Shown: in pieces, positions 18,243-27,109 of the stretch
Numbering within the stretch: position 1 is the first letter of the stretch
How the letters are laid out: each line of letters begins with the position of its first letter
NCBI GenBank assembly: GCA_037444665.1
Contig: JBBILZ010000003.1
Location: 18,073-82,072 of the forward strand
DNA length: 64,000 nt
From: a candidate division WOR-3 bacterium
GTDB lineage: Bacteria > Hydrothermota > Tepidihabitantia > SM23-42 > JAOAFX01
Direction: 5' to 3'
Translations under genes and position numbers: made by a program
The notes under the pieces: generated by a model
Database searches by the model: none
What the model was told of the DNA's origin: nothing
Seen by the model: only the letters and a program-made list of their open reading frames with translations

Positions 18243-18357
18243 TCTTTTTCTCCAAAATCCAGGGCTAAATTTTGGAGAAGGTTTGTCTTGCCATCGGCAT
18301 CACCCCCTTTTCGCCTATATATTTTATTATAAGTAATTTTTTAAAATTGTCAAGACT

Positions 18358-18384
18358 TCGGACAACCACAAGGGTTGTCCCTAC
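18358..18384 (-). repeat. GTAGGGAC...GTCCGA hairpin repeat, 27/27 identical to 48289..48315 in the opposite orientation
   Basis: tcggacaaccacaagggttgtccctac is the exact reverse complement of gtagggacaacccttgtggttgtccga at 48289..48315. Confidence 0.85.
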
Positions 18385-18637
18385 AACTGAAAATTTAAAT
18401 ACCTAAAAATCCTAAACCTGTCCTGAACTTGGTTCAGGATGCCTAAATACCTAAAAATTTGTTTGCAAGTCTTTCTCAACATCAAAGCCCCTAATCGCCC
18501 TTTTATGCCTCCCATTGCCACAATCTGCTCTTTTGGTTTTTGTTCTTTGCATCTTTTTGGTTTCTCTGGTCTTTCTTCCGCCGAAGGCGAATCCGCCTCG
18601 GGCGGAGGTTTCATTGTTCCCTTTATACCCCCTGATA

Positions 18638-18704
18638 CCCCTTGATAACCCTTTATTACCCTTTTCATTATGGACGCTCCTGCAAGCGAAGCGATACTGC
18701 CTCT
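18638..18704 (+). repeat. Dispersed ~67-nt repeat, copy B
   Basis: See 12201..12267. Confidence 0.7.
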
Positions 18705-19659
18705 GGCTGGTTTCTTTGGTCTATTTGGTCTTTCTCTTCTTTTTAGTTTATTCATAATCCTTGCAAGTCCCGAGTTTTTTGTCGGGACGATACTGCATTT
18801 CCTGCAAATCCGACCTCTGTGTCGGATGATACTGCAAGCAAAGCGATACTGCATCTTTTTAGTCCCTCTGCTTCCATTATTTTCTACTTACTACTTACTA
18901 CCTACTCACAACTACTTATTTATCTTCTCCTATCCACGCAAACACTCAACTTCAATTTTACATATCCTCTCATCCCCTGATACCCCCTGATTCTCCTTGT
19001 TACTCTTTTTTAATACACCGGATTAAAGTCCTTACTCCAAAAAATAGTCGGTGGTTATAGGGCGTGGCCGCCGGTATGGTTATTGGGCATGGTCATTTTT
19101 GGTCTATTTAGTCTGTCTGGTCTTTTTGGTCTATCTATTTTTCGTCATCACATGCGGGCGGCGAAACCGTCCAACGACAAATGATTCACTTTGAGGTATT
19201 TAGGTATTTAGGCATTTTGGACTTTTATGTATTTTTACGGGACTAAAGTCCCTATTCCAGTAATTTAAGCGGAGTAGCGATTTTAATCGCGTGAAGAAAA
19301 AGAGAATAAATTCTTTACACCTGAAAATATTTCCGGTATGTATACCATAGCTTCGGTTTCGTTTAACGACATACGAAGAACATTAGACGAAACGCATTTC
19401 GCAACCGACAGCCGTCTAACGGTTTACATAGGTCATTGGAATTTAGAAATTCGGATTATATCCGCAATATCGATATACCTTGTTTCTAAAGTCTGAAGCA
19501 GTAATAATCAATTCGACCATTCGACAATTGTCAAATTGTGAAATGGCAAGAATAAATTCTGTGCACGACAAAAAATTTGCGGACAGATACAAGAACAGTC
19601 CCTACAGAAAGACGGCCAGTGATTATTAGGTATGGATGCTGGTATGGTTATAAAAGGTA

Positions 19660-19687
19660 TTGACAACAGGTAAATTTTTAATATAAT
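19660..19687 (+). promoter_or_regulatory. Sigma70-type promoter of the riboswitch-controlled operon
   Basis: TTGACA (19660-65), a 16-nt spacer, then TATAAT (19682-87). Confidence 0.7.
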
Positions 19688-19713
19688 AGCATACTTTTTG
19701 TTCTTTGAAAATT

Positions 19714-19822
19714 GAGCTCATCAAGAGAGGCTGAGGGACGGGCCCTGTGACGCCTCGGCAACCGGTCCTTATTTAAGGATGTCCTGGTGCCAATTCCCGC
19801 CCGAATAGGGAGAGATGGGTGT
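19714..19822 (+). ncRNA. SAM-I (S-box) riboswitch
   Basis: The sequence gCTCATCAAGAGAGGCTGAGGGACGGGCCCTGTGACGCCTCGGCAACC...GGTGCCAATTCCCGCC...GAGAGATGGGTG matches the S-box core (AUCaaGAGaGG.GAGGGA.GGCCC..UGA..CC.GGCAACC ... GGUGCcAAUUCC) and has P1 closure. Confidence 0.9.
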
Positions 19823-19838
19823 TAAACTCAAAATCAAA

Positions 19839-19866
19839 CCTTCCCAGATTCGGGGAGGTTTTTTGT
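19839..19866 (+). terminator. Riboswitch expression-platform intrinsic terminator
   Basis: ccttccc-agattc-ggggagg followed by ttttttgttt. Confidence 0.75.
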
Positions 19867-19981
19867 TTCCCACTCATCCTCCTGAAAAGATTAGAAGTTA
19901 AGAGGTTAAGAAAATCTGCAAAAAAATCGTAACTTCTCAACCTCATAACTTCATAACTTCATTCAATCAAAAGGGGGTATA

Positions 19982-21178
19982 ATGAAAAAAACTATTGATG
20001 AGATAAATGAAAAGATAAAAAAGGGTAAAGCAGTAGTCTTTACTGCTGAAGAGATTATTGAGGTTGCAAAAGAACAGGGGTTAAAAAACACAGCAAAAAA
20101 GGTTGATGTTGTTACAACCGGTACATTTGGTCCAATGTGTTCTTCTGGAGCATTTATCAATCTTGGGCATACCCGTCCAAGAATGAGAATTACCAGGGCA
20201 TGGCTCAATGATGTTGAGGTATTCTGTGGCATTGCCGCAGTTGACCTTTATATTGGTGCTACACAGATACCTGATAATGACCCGGCAAATAAAGAGCATC
20301 CTGGTAGATTCAGATATGGTGGTGGCCATTTGATTGAAGATCTGGTAGCAGGAAAAAAGATAAAGATAAAGGCACTCTCTTACGGCACTGATTGTTATCC
20401 TAAAAAAGAATTGACCGGTGAATTTACAATAAAGGATATCAATGATGCATTCCTGTTTAATCCGCGAAATTGCTACCAGAATTATAATGTGGCGGTCAAT
20501 CTTGGTAGAGAGAAAATTTATACTTATTTGGGTATCCTCAAACCGAATCTTGGCAATGCAAATTTCTGCTCTGCTGGACAATTGTCACCACTATTAAATG
20601 ACCCTGAGTATCTAACAATTGGCATTGGAACACGCATCTTCCTGGGCGGTGGTATTGGATACATTGCATGGCACGGCACACAGCACGACCCTTCTGTAGC
20701 AAGAAATAAAAATAGTGTGCCCAAAAGTGGTTCAGGAACCATTGCCGTGATTGGCGATTTAAAGACGATGAAACCCGAATGGCTCAGAGGAACATCAATC
20801 ATTGGTTATGGCGTAAGTTTGACCGTAGGCATTGGCATTCCGATTCCGATTCTTAATGAAGAAATCTTAAAATTTACCTGTGTAAAAGATAGCGATATAG
20901 TTGCGCCTGTTGTTGATTATTCATACGATTATCCGAATCTGACTGGTAGGGTCATTGCTGAAATAGATTATGCAACATTGAAATCCGGTAAGATACGCAT
21001 CGGAAATAAGACTGTACCAACATTTCCCATTTCCAGTTATCCAAAGGCGCAGAAAATAAGCAGGATTTTAAAGAATTGGCTCCAGACAGGTAAATTCCTG
21101 CTTACCGAGCCGGTTCAAAGACTGCCTGGTAAGGAATCAAGGATAAAATTCAGACCATTCCAGGGAAGGTATAAATAA
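19982..21178 (+). CDS. COG1900/DUF39 homocysteine biosynthesis protein (MA1821-like)
   Basis: N-terminus KTIDEINEKIKKGKAVVFTAEEIIEV...KVDVVTTGTFGPMCSSGAFINLGH is the characteristic DUF39 signature. The gene sits behind a SAM riboswitch. Confidence 0.8.
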   Translation: MKKTIDEINEKIKKGKAVVFTAEEIIEVAKEQGLKNTAKKVDVVTTGTFGPMCSSGAFINLGHTRPRMRITRAWLNDVEVFCGIAAVDLYIGATQIPDNDPANKEHPGRFRYGGGHLIEDLVAGKKIKIKALSYGTDCYPKKELTGEFTIKDINDAFLFNPRNCYQNYNVAVNLGREKIYTYLGILKPNLGNANFCSAGQLSPLLNDPEYLTIGIGTRIFLGGGIGYIAWHGTQHDPSVARNKNSVPKSGSGTIAVIGDLKTMKPEWLRGTSIIGYGVSLTVGIGIPIPILNEEILKFTCVKDSDIVAPVVDYSYDYPNLTGRVIAEIDYATLKSGKIRIGNKTVPTFPISSYPKAQKISRILKNWLQTGKFLLTEPVQRLPGKESRIKFRPFQGRYK

Positions 21179-21193
21179 TATGGGAGGTAAAAT

Positions 21194-21610
21194 ATGGAAA
21201 TTTCAAAGAAGATTGTGCTACATTTTCCTGAAAACCTGGTTGAAAAACCAATAACCTATGAACTGGTTAAAAATTATAACATTGTCTTTAATATTCTGAA
21301 GGCAAAGGTTGCTGTGGAGGATGGCGAGGGTATGCTATTATTAGAATTGACCGGAACCCAGGCTAATATTGATAAAAGTCTGAAATACCTTAAAGACCTG
21401 GGCGTGAAGACCGAACCATTGACCAGAGACATAGCATGGTCAAAGCAGGACTGTATAATGTGTGGTATCTGTTCCAGTATCTGTCCAAGCCATGCATTTT
21501 ATATTGTTCCAGAACTGATGACATTAAAATTTGAACCTGAAAAATGTATCGGATGTGAAGAGTGTCTCAAGGTCTGCCAGTATAATGCAATAAAATTAAA
21601 ATTGATGTAA
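21194..21610 (+). CDS. NIL domain + 2x[4Fe-4S] ferredoxin protein (MA1822-like)
   Basis: NIL-type N-terminus (ITYELVKNYNIVFNILKAKV...GMLLLELTG), followed by CIMCGICSSICP and CIGCEECLKVCQ cluster motifs. Confidence 0.8.
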   Translation: MEISKKIVLHFPENLVEKPITYELVKNYNIVFNILKAKVAVEDGEGMLLLELTGTQANIDKSLKYLKDLGVKTEPLTRDIAWSKQDCIMCGICSSICPSHAFYIVPELMTLKFEPEKCIGCEECLKVCQYNAIKLKLM

Positions 21611-22365
21611 TGAAGACAAATCTCTATATACCCCGTACATATCGTTTGAACTGTGGTAACCGGAGATTTATCCAATTTGAGGTTATACAGAAACAGAGCG
21701 ACCTTTTAATCCTTGCAAAAACCAACCTTTATAACCAGGCAATGAGCATTCTTATCCACTTGAGGCAGGAAATAGAATCTTACATTAACATTGACCGTGA
21801 ATTCCTGACCGCGCTCAAACCAATCAAAATTTTAAATGGCGCTCCTGAAATTGTTAAAGATATGGGGCTCTCTGCAGAAAAGATGGATGTCGGACCAATG
21901 GCTGCAGTTGCCGGTGCCATCAGTGAATATGTAGCACGCAGTCTCGCAAAATTTTCTGATGAGGTTATTGTTGAAAATGGCGGAGATAATTTTATTATAA
22001 GTAAGGAGCCGCTTACACTGGGTATCTATGCAGGAGACTCTTCATTATCTATGAAATTCGGGATTGAACTTGAACCCCATCCCGAAGGTATTGGTGTAGC
22101 AACTTCATCAGGCACAGTGGGACATTCATTGAGTTTTGGTAATGCAGATGCAGTAACAGTGCTTGCAAAAAAAGGGAGCCTGGCAGATGCCGGTGCAACC
22201 CGAATTTGTAATATGGTAAAAACCGAGGATGATATACCTGAAGCACTAAATTTTGCTGAACAGCATCCAGAGATCTTAGGAGCAGTAATAATCATTAATA
22301 ATAAAATTGGAATAATAGGGAAGATGCTGAAATTGATTAGAATAACAGAAGAATGTATAAATTAA
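21610..22365 (+). CDS. UPF0280 (ApbE-like, COG2122) protein
   Basis: ~250 aa, with its start overlapping the upstream stop (TAATG). The DLLI...GPMAAVAGAI...VENGGD...GVATSSGT.GHS.S.G.ADAV pattern is typical of UPF0280. Confidence 0.65.
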   Translation: MKTNLYIPRTYRLNCGNRRFIQFEVIQKQSDLLILAKTNLYNQAMSILIHLRQEIESYINIDREFLTALKPIKILNGAPEIVKDMGLSAEKMDVGPMAAVAGAISEYVARSLAKFSDEVIVENGGDNFIISKEPLTLGIYAGDSSLSMKFGIELEPHPEGIGVATSSGTVGHSLSFGNADAVTVLAKKGSLADAGATRICNMVKTEDDIPEALNFAEQHPEILGAVIIINNKIGIIGKMLKLIRITEECIN

Positions 22366-22652
22366 AGAAATTAAAAACTAAATACTTACGGAAATCTCTT
22401 GCTATAATTTAGCAAAAACCGGCCCCACCAAATAAGGGCGGAAAAAATACCTTCTGCGTGTGCCTTGACAGTCATTATAATTATATGTATAATTTTGCCA
22501 GATATTTTGTCGTATAGGAATTTGAAAAAATTAACTGCCTTGTGGTTTGTGTTGTAAGAGTGCTGTTGATATGGCAAGAGCATTGATAAACGAATTTGGT
22601 GATAACAACTATTTTAGTTTTTTTCAATGAAGGAGTGATTGTGGAGTAAACA

Positions 22653-23547
22653 ATGTCCATTATTACTTTTAAAGATGCAGCTTACCAAATTTTAAGAGAA
22701 GTAAGAACTCCTTTAACCGCGAAAGAAATAACAAAAATTGCGATTGAGAAGAATCTTATAAAAACTTCAGGTAAAACTCCTGTGGCGACTATGGGAGCAA
22801 GAATTTATATGGATATTAAGAGAAAGGGAACTAATTCATTATTTATGAAAGTTGAGCATGGTAAGTTTGGGTTAAGAGAGTGGCAACAATCTGAACAAGA
22901 ACATAAAATCTTTAGAAAAGGAAGCTTTAAAGCCGCAGCTTATAAAGTATTAAAACAAGAAAACAGACCTTTAAGTATTCAAGAAATTACAGAAATTGCT
23001 AAGAAAAAATCTTTGGTTACATCTAAGGGGAAAAACCCCTCAAGCTACTATGGGAGCTCAGTTATATACTGACATCAAAAAATTTGGCGACAAATCACCC
23101 TTTGTTCAATTAGGCAAAAATAAGTTTGGACTTCGTGAATGGGATATTAGTGCTCTTAAAAATGAGATTGAATTTCAGGAGAAAGAAACTATTACAATTG
23201 AGAAAAAGCGTTCTATAGTTGGAGACCCGATCAATTTTGAAGGATTGATTTATGGTCCACTTAATGAAAATGGAGTAATATTCTTATTCAGTAAAATTCA
23301 TGACAAACTGGGTATAAATATTGAAGCAATTCAAGCATCCTATCCTGACGCTAAGGCTCGGAGAAAAACTTCAAAAGGCTGGGAAGATGTCTGGATTGAA
23401 TTTGAATATAAAAGTTCTCAATTCAAGATACACAAGCATGATCCAAAAGAATGCGATATAATTGTCTGCTGGGAACACGATTGGAAGGAATGTCCTCTTG
23501 AAGTTATTGAATTAAAATCAGAGATACAAAAATTAAAAGGAGAATAA
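22653..23547 (+). pseudogene. Frameshifted gene: 2x HARE-HTH + PD-(D/E)xK-like nuclease domain protein
   Basis: ORFs 22653..23072 and 22996..23547 are one gene broken inside ggggaaaaacccc (23027-23039). Repeat 1 reads ...IKTSGKTPVATMGARIYMDIKRKG...GKFGLREW. Repeat 2 reads ...LVTSKGK then continues only in the +1 frame as TPQATMGAQLYTDIKKFG...NKFGLREW. Removing one A from the A5 run restores it. The C-terminus EFEYKSSQFKIHKHDPKECDIIVCWEHDW is nuclease-like. Confidence 0.75.
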
Positions 23548-23624
23548 CAATGCCCGAGAAAAGATATAAGCCGGCTGAAGCAATTGGAGCAGAGAGAGAA
23601 TAAAACAAAGATGAGTTAAGAGAA

Positions 23625-23831
23625 ATGGCTTACAGAAATACACTGTTGCTCGAAGAGAAATATAGCGTTAAAAGAGTTTTACTTATTGGTTCACTTGTAA
23701 GGGGAATCGTGCATGAGAAATCTGATATAGACCTTAAAGATGAAAACGGTGAGCCTATTATAGATACAGATGTTCCAGCATTTATTGAAACATTTAAAGA
23801 ATTTAAGAAAAAATACTCATTGGATTTTTAG
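23625..23831 (+). CDS. Minimal nucleotidyltransferase (MNT-like) domain protein, probably truncated
   Basis: KRVLLIGSLVRGIVHEKSDIDL matches the GS-x9-12-DxD NTase motif. The sequence diverges right after it and totals only 68 aa. Confidence 0.4.
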   Translation: MAYRNTLLLEEKYSVKRVLLIGSLVRGIVHEKSDIDLKDENGEPIIDTDVPAFIETFKEFKKKYSLDF

Positions 23832-23840
23832 GGATTAAGT

Positions 23841-24983
23841 ATGAAAAATAAAGAGATAACCACGGGAAGTTATAACAATCTTATTAGCAGAATTGCGGAA
23901 ATCCTGCAAGAGGCAAGAACTAAGGTTTTTAGAGAAATCAATAGAGCACAGGTTTTGGCTTACTGGGCAATTGGGAGAGAAATTGTAGAGTTTGAACAGA
24001 AGGGAAAGGCACGGGCAGAATATGGAGAAGAATTGCTTATAAAACTTTCGGCAGACTTGTCTGCCAAATTTGGTAGAGGTTTCTCTGCCGAGAATTTAAG
24101 ATTGATGCGGAAATTTTATTTGACCTATCAAAAATCCAAGACACTGTCTTGGAAATCTAAAAGTGAGAAATCCCAGACGATGTCTGGCAAATCTTTAGAA
24201 AGCACAAAATCCGAGACGTTGTCCCGTAAATCTTTAATTCGTCAGACACCGTCTGCCAAATTTGAACCGATGCTATCGTGGTCTCATTATTGCGAACTAC
24301 TTAAAGTAGAACAACCACTTGCCCGTTCTTTTTATGAAAAAGAGGCAATTCAAAATAACTGGTCTGTGAGGGAGTTAAAGAGGCAGATTAATTCTATGCT
24401 TTTTGAACGGCTTGCTTTAAGCAAAAATACAAGAGCAGTGATGAAAATGGCAGAAAAGGGGCAGATTGTAGAAAAACCTGAAGATGCTATCAAAGACCCC
24501 TTTATTCTTGAATTCCTTAATCTCAAGGAAGAAACATCTTATACTGAAAGTCAGTTAGAACAGGCACTTATTGATAAACTCCAATATTTTTTATTGGAAC
24601 TTGGTAAAGGGTTTACTTTTGTTGCTCGTCAAAAGAGAATTACTATTAGCAATCGGCATTATTATATTGACCTGGTATTTTATAATCGTCTATTAAAGTG
24701 CTTTGTTTTAATTGATTTAAAAACAGGAGAACTTGACCATTCAGATATCGGACAAATGAACTTTTATTTGAATTACTTTAAGGAGAACGAAAAACAATCA
24801 GATGAAAATGAGCCAATTGGACTTATACTCTGTGCTAAAAAGGATGATATATTTGCAAAATATGTTTTAGGCGGATTAAGCAATAAAATTTTTACATCAA
24901 AATATAAACTGGCTTTACCTTCAGAAAAAGAATTAAAACTCAAATTAAAATCCATACCAAGAATGCTGGGGGAAAAGAAATGA
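23841..24983 (+). CDS. YhcG/DUF1016 PDDEXK nuclease family protein
   Basis: The N-terminal block NRAQVLAYWAIGREIVEFEQKGKARAEYGEELLIKLSADL...GRGFS.ENLRLMRKFY is present. So are the internal SKTLSWKS/SQTMSGKS/SETLSRKS/RQTPSAKF repeat typical of DUF1016 and the C-terminal YYIDLVFYNRLLKCFVLIDLKTGEL nuclease core. Confidence 0.85.
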   Translation: MKNKEITTGSYNNLISRIAEILQEARTKVFREINRAQVLAYWAIGREIVEFEQKGKARAEYGEELLIKLSADLSAKFGRGFSAENLRLMRKFYLTYQKSKTLSWKSKSEKSQTMSGKSLESTKSETLSRKSLIRQTPSAKFEPMLSWSHYCELLKVEQPLARSFYEKEAIQNNWSVRELKRQINSMLFERLALSKNTRAVMKMAEKGQIVEKPEDAIKDPFILEFLNLKEETSYTESQLEQALIDKLQYFLLELGKGFTFVARQKRITISNRHYYIDLVFYNRLLKCFVLIDLKTGELDHSDIGQMNFYLNYFKENEKQSDENEPIGLILCAKKDDIFAKYVLGGLSNKIFTSKYKLALPSEKELKLKLKSIPRMLGEKK

Positions 24984-25073
24984 TTTTTTCAGAGATAATA
25001 TATAATCAGGCAATTGAAAAATTAAGGTTTGACGCCGAGTTTTATAAATCTGTTCCAAAATCAAAGTTCTCTT

Positions 25074-25538
25074 TTAGAATAGGTTTTTTATAATTTCTGC
25101 AATCTTTTCAAGAAATTCTCTATCTTCGTCAGTAAATGGTGATAACATATGGGAATCAATATCAATCTCAGCCACGACTGTATCATCCTTGAATACCGGC
25201 ACAACAATCTCTGATTTTACAGTAGGACTGCAGGCAAGATAGTTTGTCTCTTTTGAGACATCCTGAACAACAAAGGTCTCTTTTTTTGCAACTGCCTGAC
25301 CACAGATGCCCCTGCCAAAAGGAATTTTGGTGTGCTCAGTTGGTGCACCTACAAATGGACCAAGATATAATTCCTTTGTTTTATTATCCGCAATGTAAAA
25401 TCCCACCCAGTTGTAGTATGGCACATTGGTTTTAAGGAGTGCACAGATTTTCAATAATTTATCTTCGTTCTTTATATTACTCTCTTCAATCTCTTTTATC
25501 TCTTTTATTAATCGCGCAAAAATCTTTTGTTTATCCAT
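25074..25538 (-). CDS. GAF-domain free methionine-(R)-sulfoxide reductase-like protein
   Basis: YNWVGFYIAD...LYLGPFVGAPTEHTKIPFGRGICGQAV...VVQDV...NYLACSPTVKSEIVVPV matches the fRMsr/YebR GAF family, including the Cys positions. Confidence 0.8.
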   Translation of the reverse strand: MDKQKIFARLIKEIKEIEESNIKNEDKLLKICALLKTNVPYYNWVGFYIADNKTKELYLGPFVGAPTEHTKIPFGRGICGQAVAKKETFVVQDVSKETNYLACSPTVKSEIVVPVFKDDTVVAEIDIDSHMLSPFTDEDREFLEKIAEIIKNLF

Positions 25539-27109
25539 TATGGCTTATATCTCAATGGGCATACCAGGCAACGCTTAGCCTCATTCTTTAAATCTTCAGC
25601 AGATGGAATCTCTTCCACGGGTCTGAAATCTTTAATTCGTTCCTGCGCATTACGGTGGAAGACCTTTAATCTTGGAATATTAACCATCTGCCAGTATTGT
25701 GGCTCTACTGGATAGATTGTGAATTTGAAATTAAACAGACTTCCCTTTAAGAACCTATCAATCTTTTTTGCAATCCTTATTCCATCACCCACTGCATGCG
25801 CCAGGGTCTGCGGACCCAGTGCTGCATCACCACCGGCAAATATTTTTGGATTACTCGTCCTTCCGTCCTTTGTGACGATACGGCACTGCTCATCAATCTT
25901 TATATAATCATTCAAAAAATCTGTATAAGGAACCTGACCTATTGCCGCAACAATCTTATCAACTTCTATTTCAAATTCTGAACCAGAAACAATCTCTACT
26001 TTACCTTTTCTTCCCTGAGGCGCACGGGTCTTTACCATCACAAGTTTTTTCCCTGCAATCTTTACTGGTGTGGTATATGGATAGACCTTTATTCCTTCTT
26101 CATCTGCTTCAGTCTTGTTTTCATCTTCTGCAGGCATATCCTCTATACCACGGCGATAATATATTGCAACCTCATTGCCACAGCGCAATAGACTCCTTGC
26201 TACATCAAATGCAGTATTACCGCCACCAATGACTGCAACTTTACCCAGCCTGATCTGCTCACCATTCTTTATCCGCTGTAAAATATCAAGACCAGAGAGC
26301 ACCTGCTCTTCACCTTCAATCCCGAGTCCTGCAGATTTGCCAGCACCCGAGGCAATGAAAATGGCATTATAATCAGTGATCAATTCTGCGAGATTGATAT
26401 CCTTACCAATCTCTACATTGGTCTTAATCTCAAATCCTGCCCTTTTTATCTGCTCAATCTCCTGTTCCACAATTGACCTTGGCAGACGAAATTCAGGAAT
26501 GTATGCAGATAAAACACCACCTAAAAATTTTTCTTTTTCATAGACCACGACCTGATAGCCGAGTTTACACAGTTCATACGCCGCAGTAAGTCCACAAGGA
26601 CCACCGCCAATGATTGCAACCTTTTCTTTTCTCTTCTCTTCAGCAACAACCGGTGGTTCGGTCTTTACCCCATGCTTCAGTGTGCGGATTGCTACAGGTT
26701 CATCAATACCCTTTCTGGTGCAGTTTATTTCACACGGTGCAGGGCATATCATACCCAGGATTTTAAAGAATGGAATAAAAGGATAATTTACTTTATTGGA
26801 TACAACTAAATTGATATAATACCAGGGTTTGACTTCTGCAGGACAATTTTTCTCGCAGGGTGGTGCAAAGTAGTTGACACCACGATATGCATCAAGAATA
26901 TTAAACAGATAGAATAGAATCCACGCAGCCAGAACAAACCAGAACCCAAAAGTCAATTTTATCCACAAGACCTTTGTCACAAGGATAGAGCCATAAAAGA
27001 CAATCATAAACCAGATACCGGTAATTATACGTCCTGAATAGATCTGACCACCACCAACAATAAAAATAGAAATGATTGATGCAATTAAATTCTTTTTATC
27101 TTGTGCCAT
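25538..27109 (-). CDS. GltD-like FAD/NAD(P)H oxidoreductase with Fe-S Cys motifs and an unusual N-terminal membrane (TM2-like) domain
   Basis: The N-terminus has 2-3 TM helices (IISIFIVGGGQIYSGR...). It is followed by CEKNCPAE and CPAPCEINC motifs, then the Rossmann motifs KVAIIGGGPCGLTAAYEL...VVVYEKEKFLGGVL and VAVIGGGNTAFDVA. Confidence 0.7.
   Translation of the reverse strand: MAQDKKNLIASIISIFIVGGGQIYSGRIITGIWFMIVFYGSILVTKVLWIKLTFGFWFVLAAWILFYLFNILDAYRGVNYFAPPCEKNCPAEVKPWYYINLVVSNKVNYPFIPFFKILGMICPAPCEINCTRKGIDEPVAIRTLKHGVKTEPPVVAEEKRKEKVAIIGGGPCGLTAAYELCKLGYQVVVYEKEKFLGGVLSAYIPEFRLPRSIVEQEIEQIKRAGFEIKTNVEIGKDINLAELITDYNAIFIASGAGKSAGLGIEGEEQVLSGLDILQRIKNGEQIRLGKVAVIGGGNTAFDVARSLLRCGNEVAIYYRRGIEDMPAEDENKTEADEEGIKVYPYTTPVKIAGKKLVMVKTRAPQGRKGKVEIVSGSEFEIEVDKIVAAIGQVPYTDFLNDYIKIDEQCRIVTKDGRTSNPKIFAGGDAALGPQTLAHAVGDGIRIAKKIDRFLKGSLFNFKFTIYPVEPQYWQMVNIPRLKVFHRNAQERIKDFRPVEEIPSAEDLKNEAKRCLVCPLRYKP

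Larger units (their letters stand above)
18243..19659. repeat. 1.4-kb non-coding island built from short hairpin and 'word' repeats
   Basis: No credible ORF; the listed ones are low-complexity. It contains tccgcc-tcg-ggcgga, gtcccga-gtttttt-tcgggac, tccgac-ctctgt-gtcgga, gatactgca x4, tacttactacttactacctact, and ggtatttaggtatttaggcatt (19196-19217) inverted against aatgcctaaatacctaaa (~18438-18455). It also holds copies of families found in the other islands at 12060-12440, 31000-31400, 44400-44760, 48120-48484 and 62846-62964. Confidence 0.7.

Noticed and set aside
18381-18990. Four overlapping ORFs (68-157 aa) in the 18.4-19.0 kb region.
   Set aside because: Their translations are low-complexity products of the hairpin/word repeats (runs of F/L/S/P or K/R). 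They have no RBS and mutually overlap on both strands. The region is treated as non-coding repeat DNA.
24981-25097. A 38-codon ORF (MIFSEIIYNQAIEKLRFDAEFYKS...) starting in an ATGA overlap with the DUF1016 stop.
   Set aside because: It runs into, and overlaps, the 3' end of the convergent GAF gene. It has no recognisable motif and is too weak to call.
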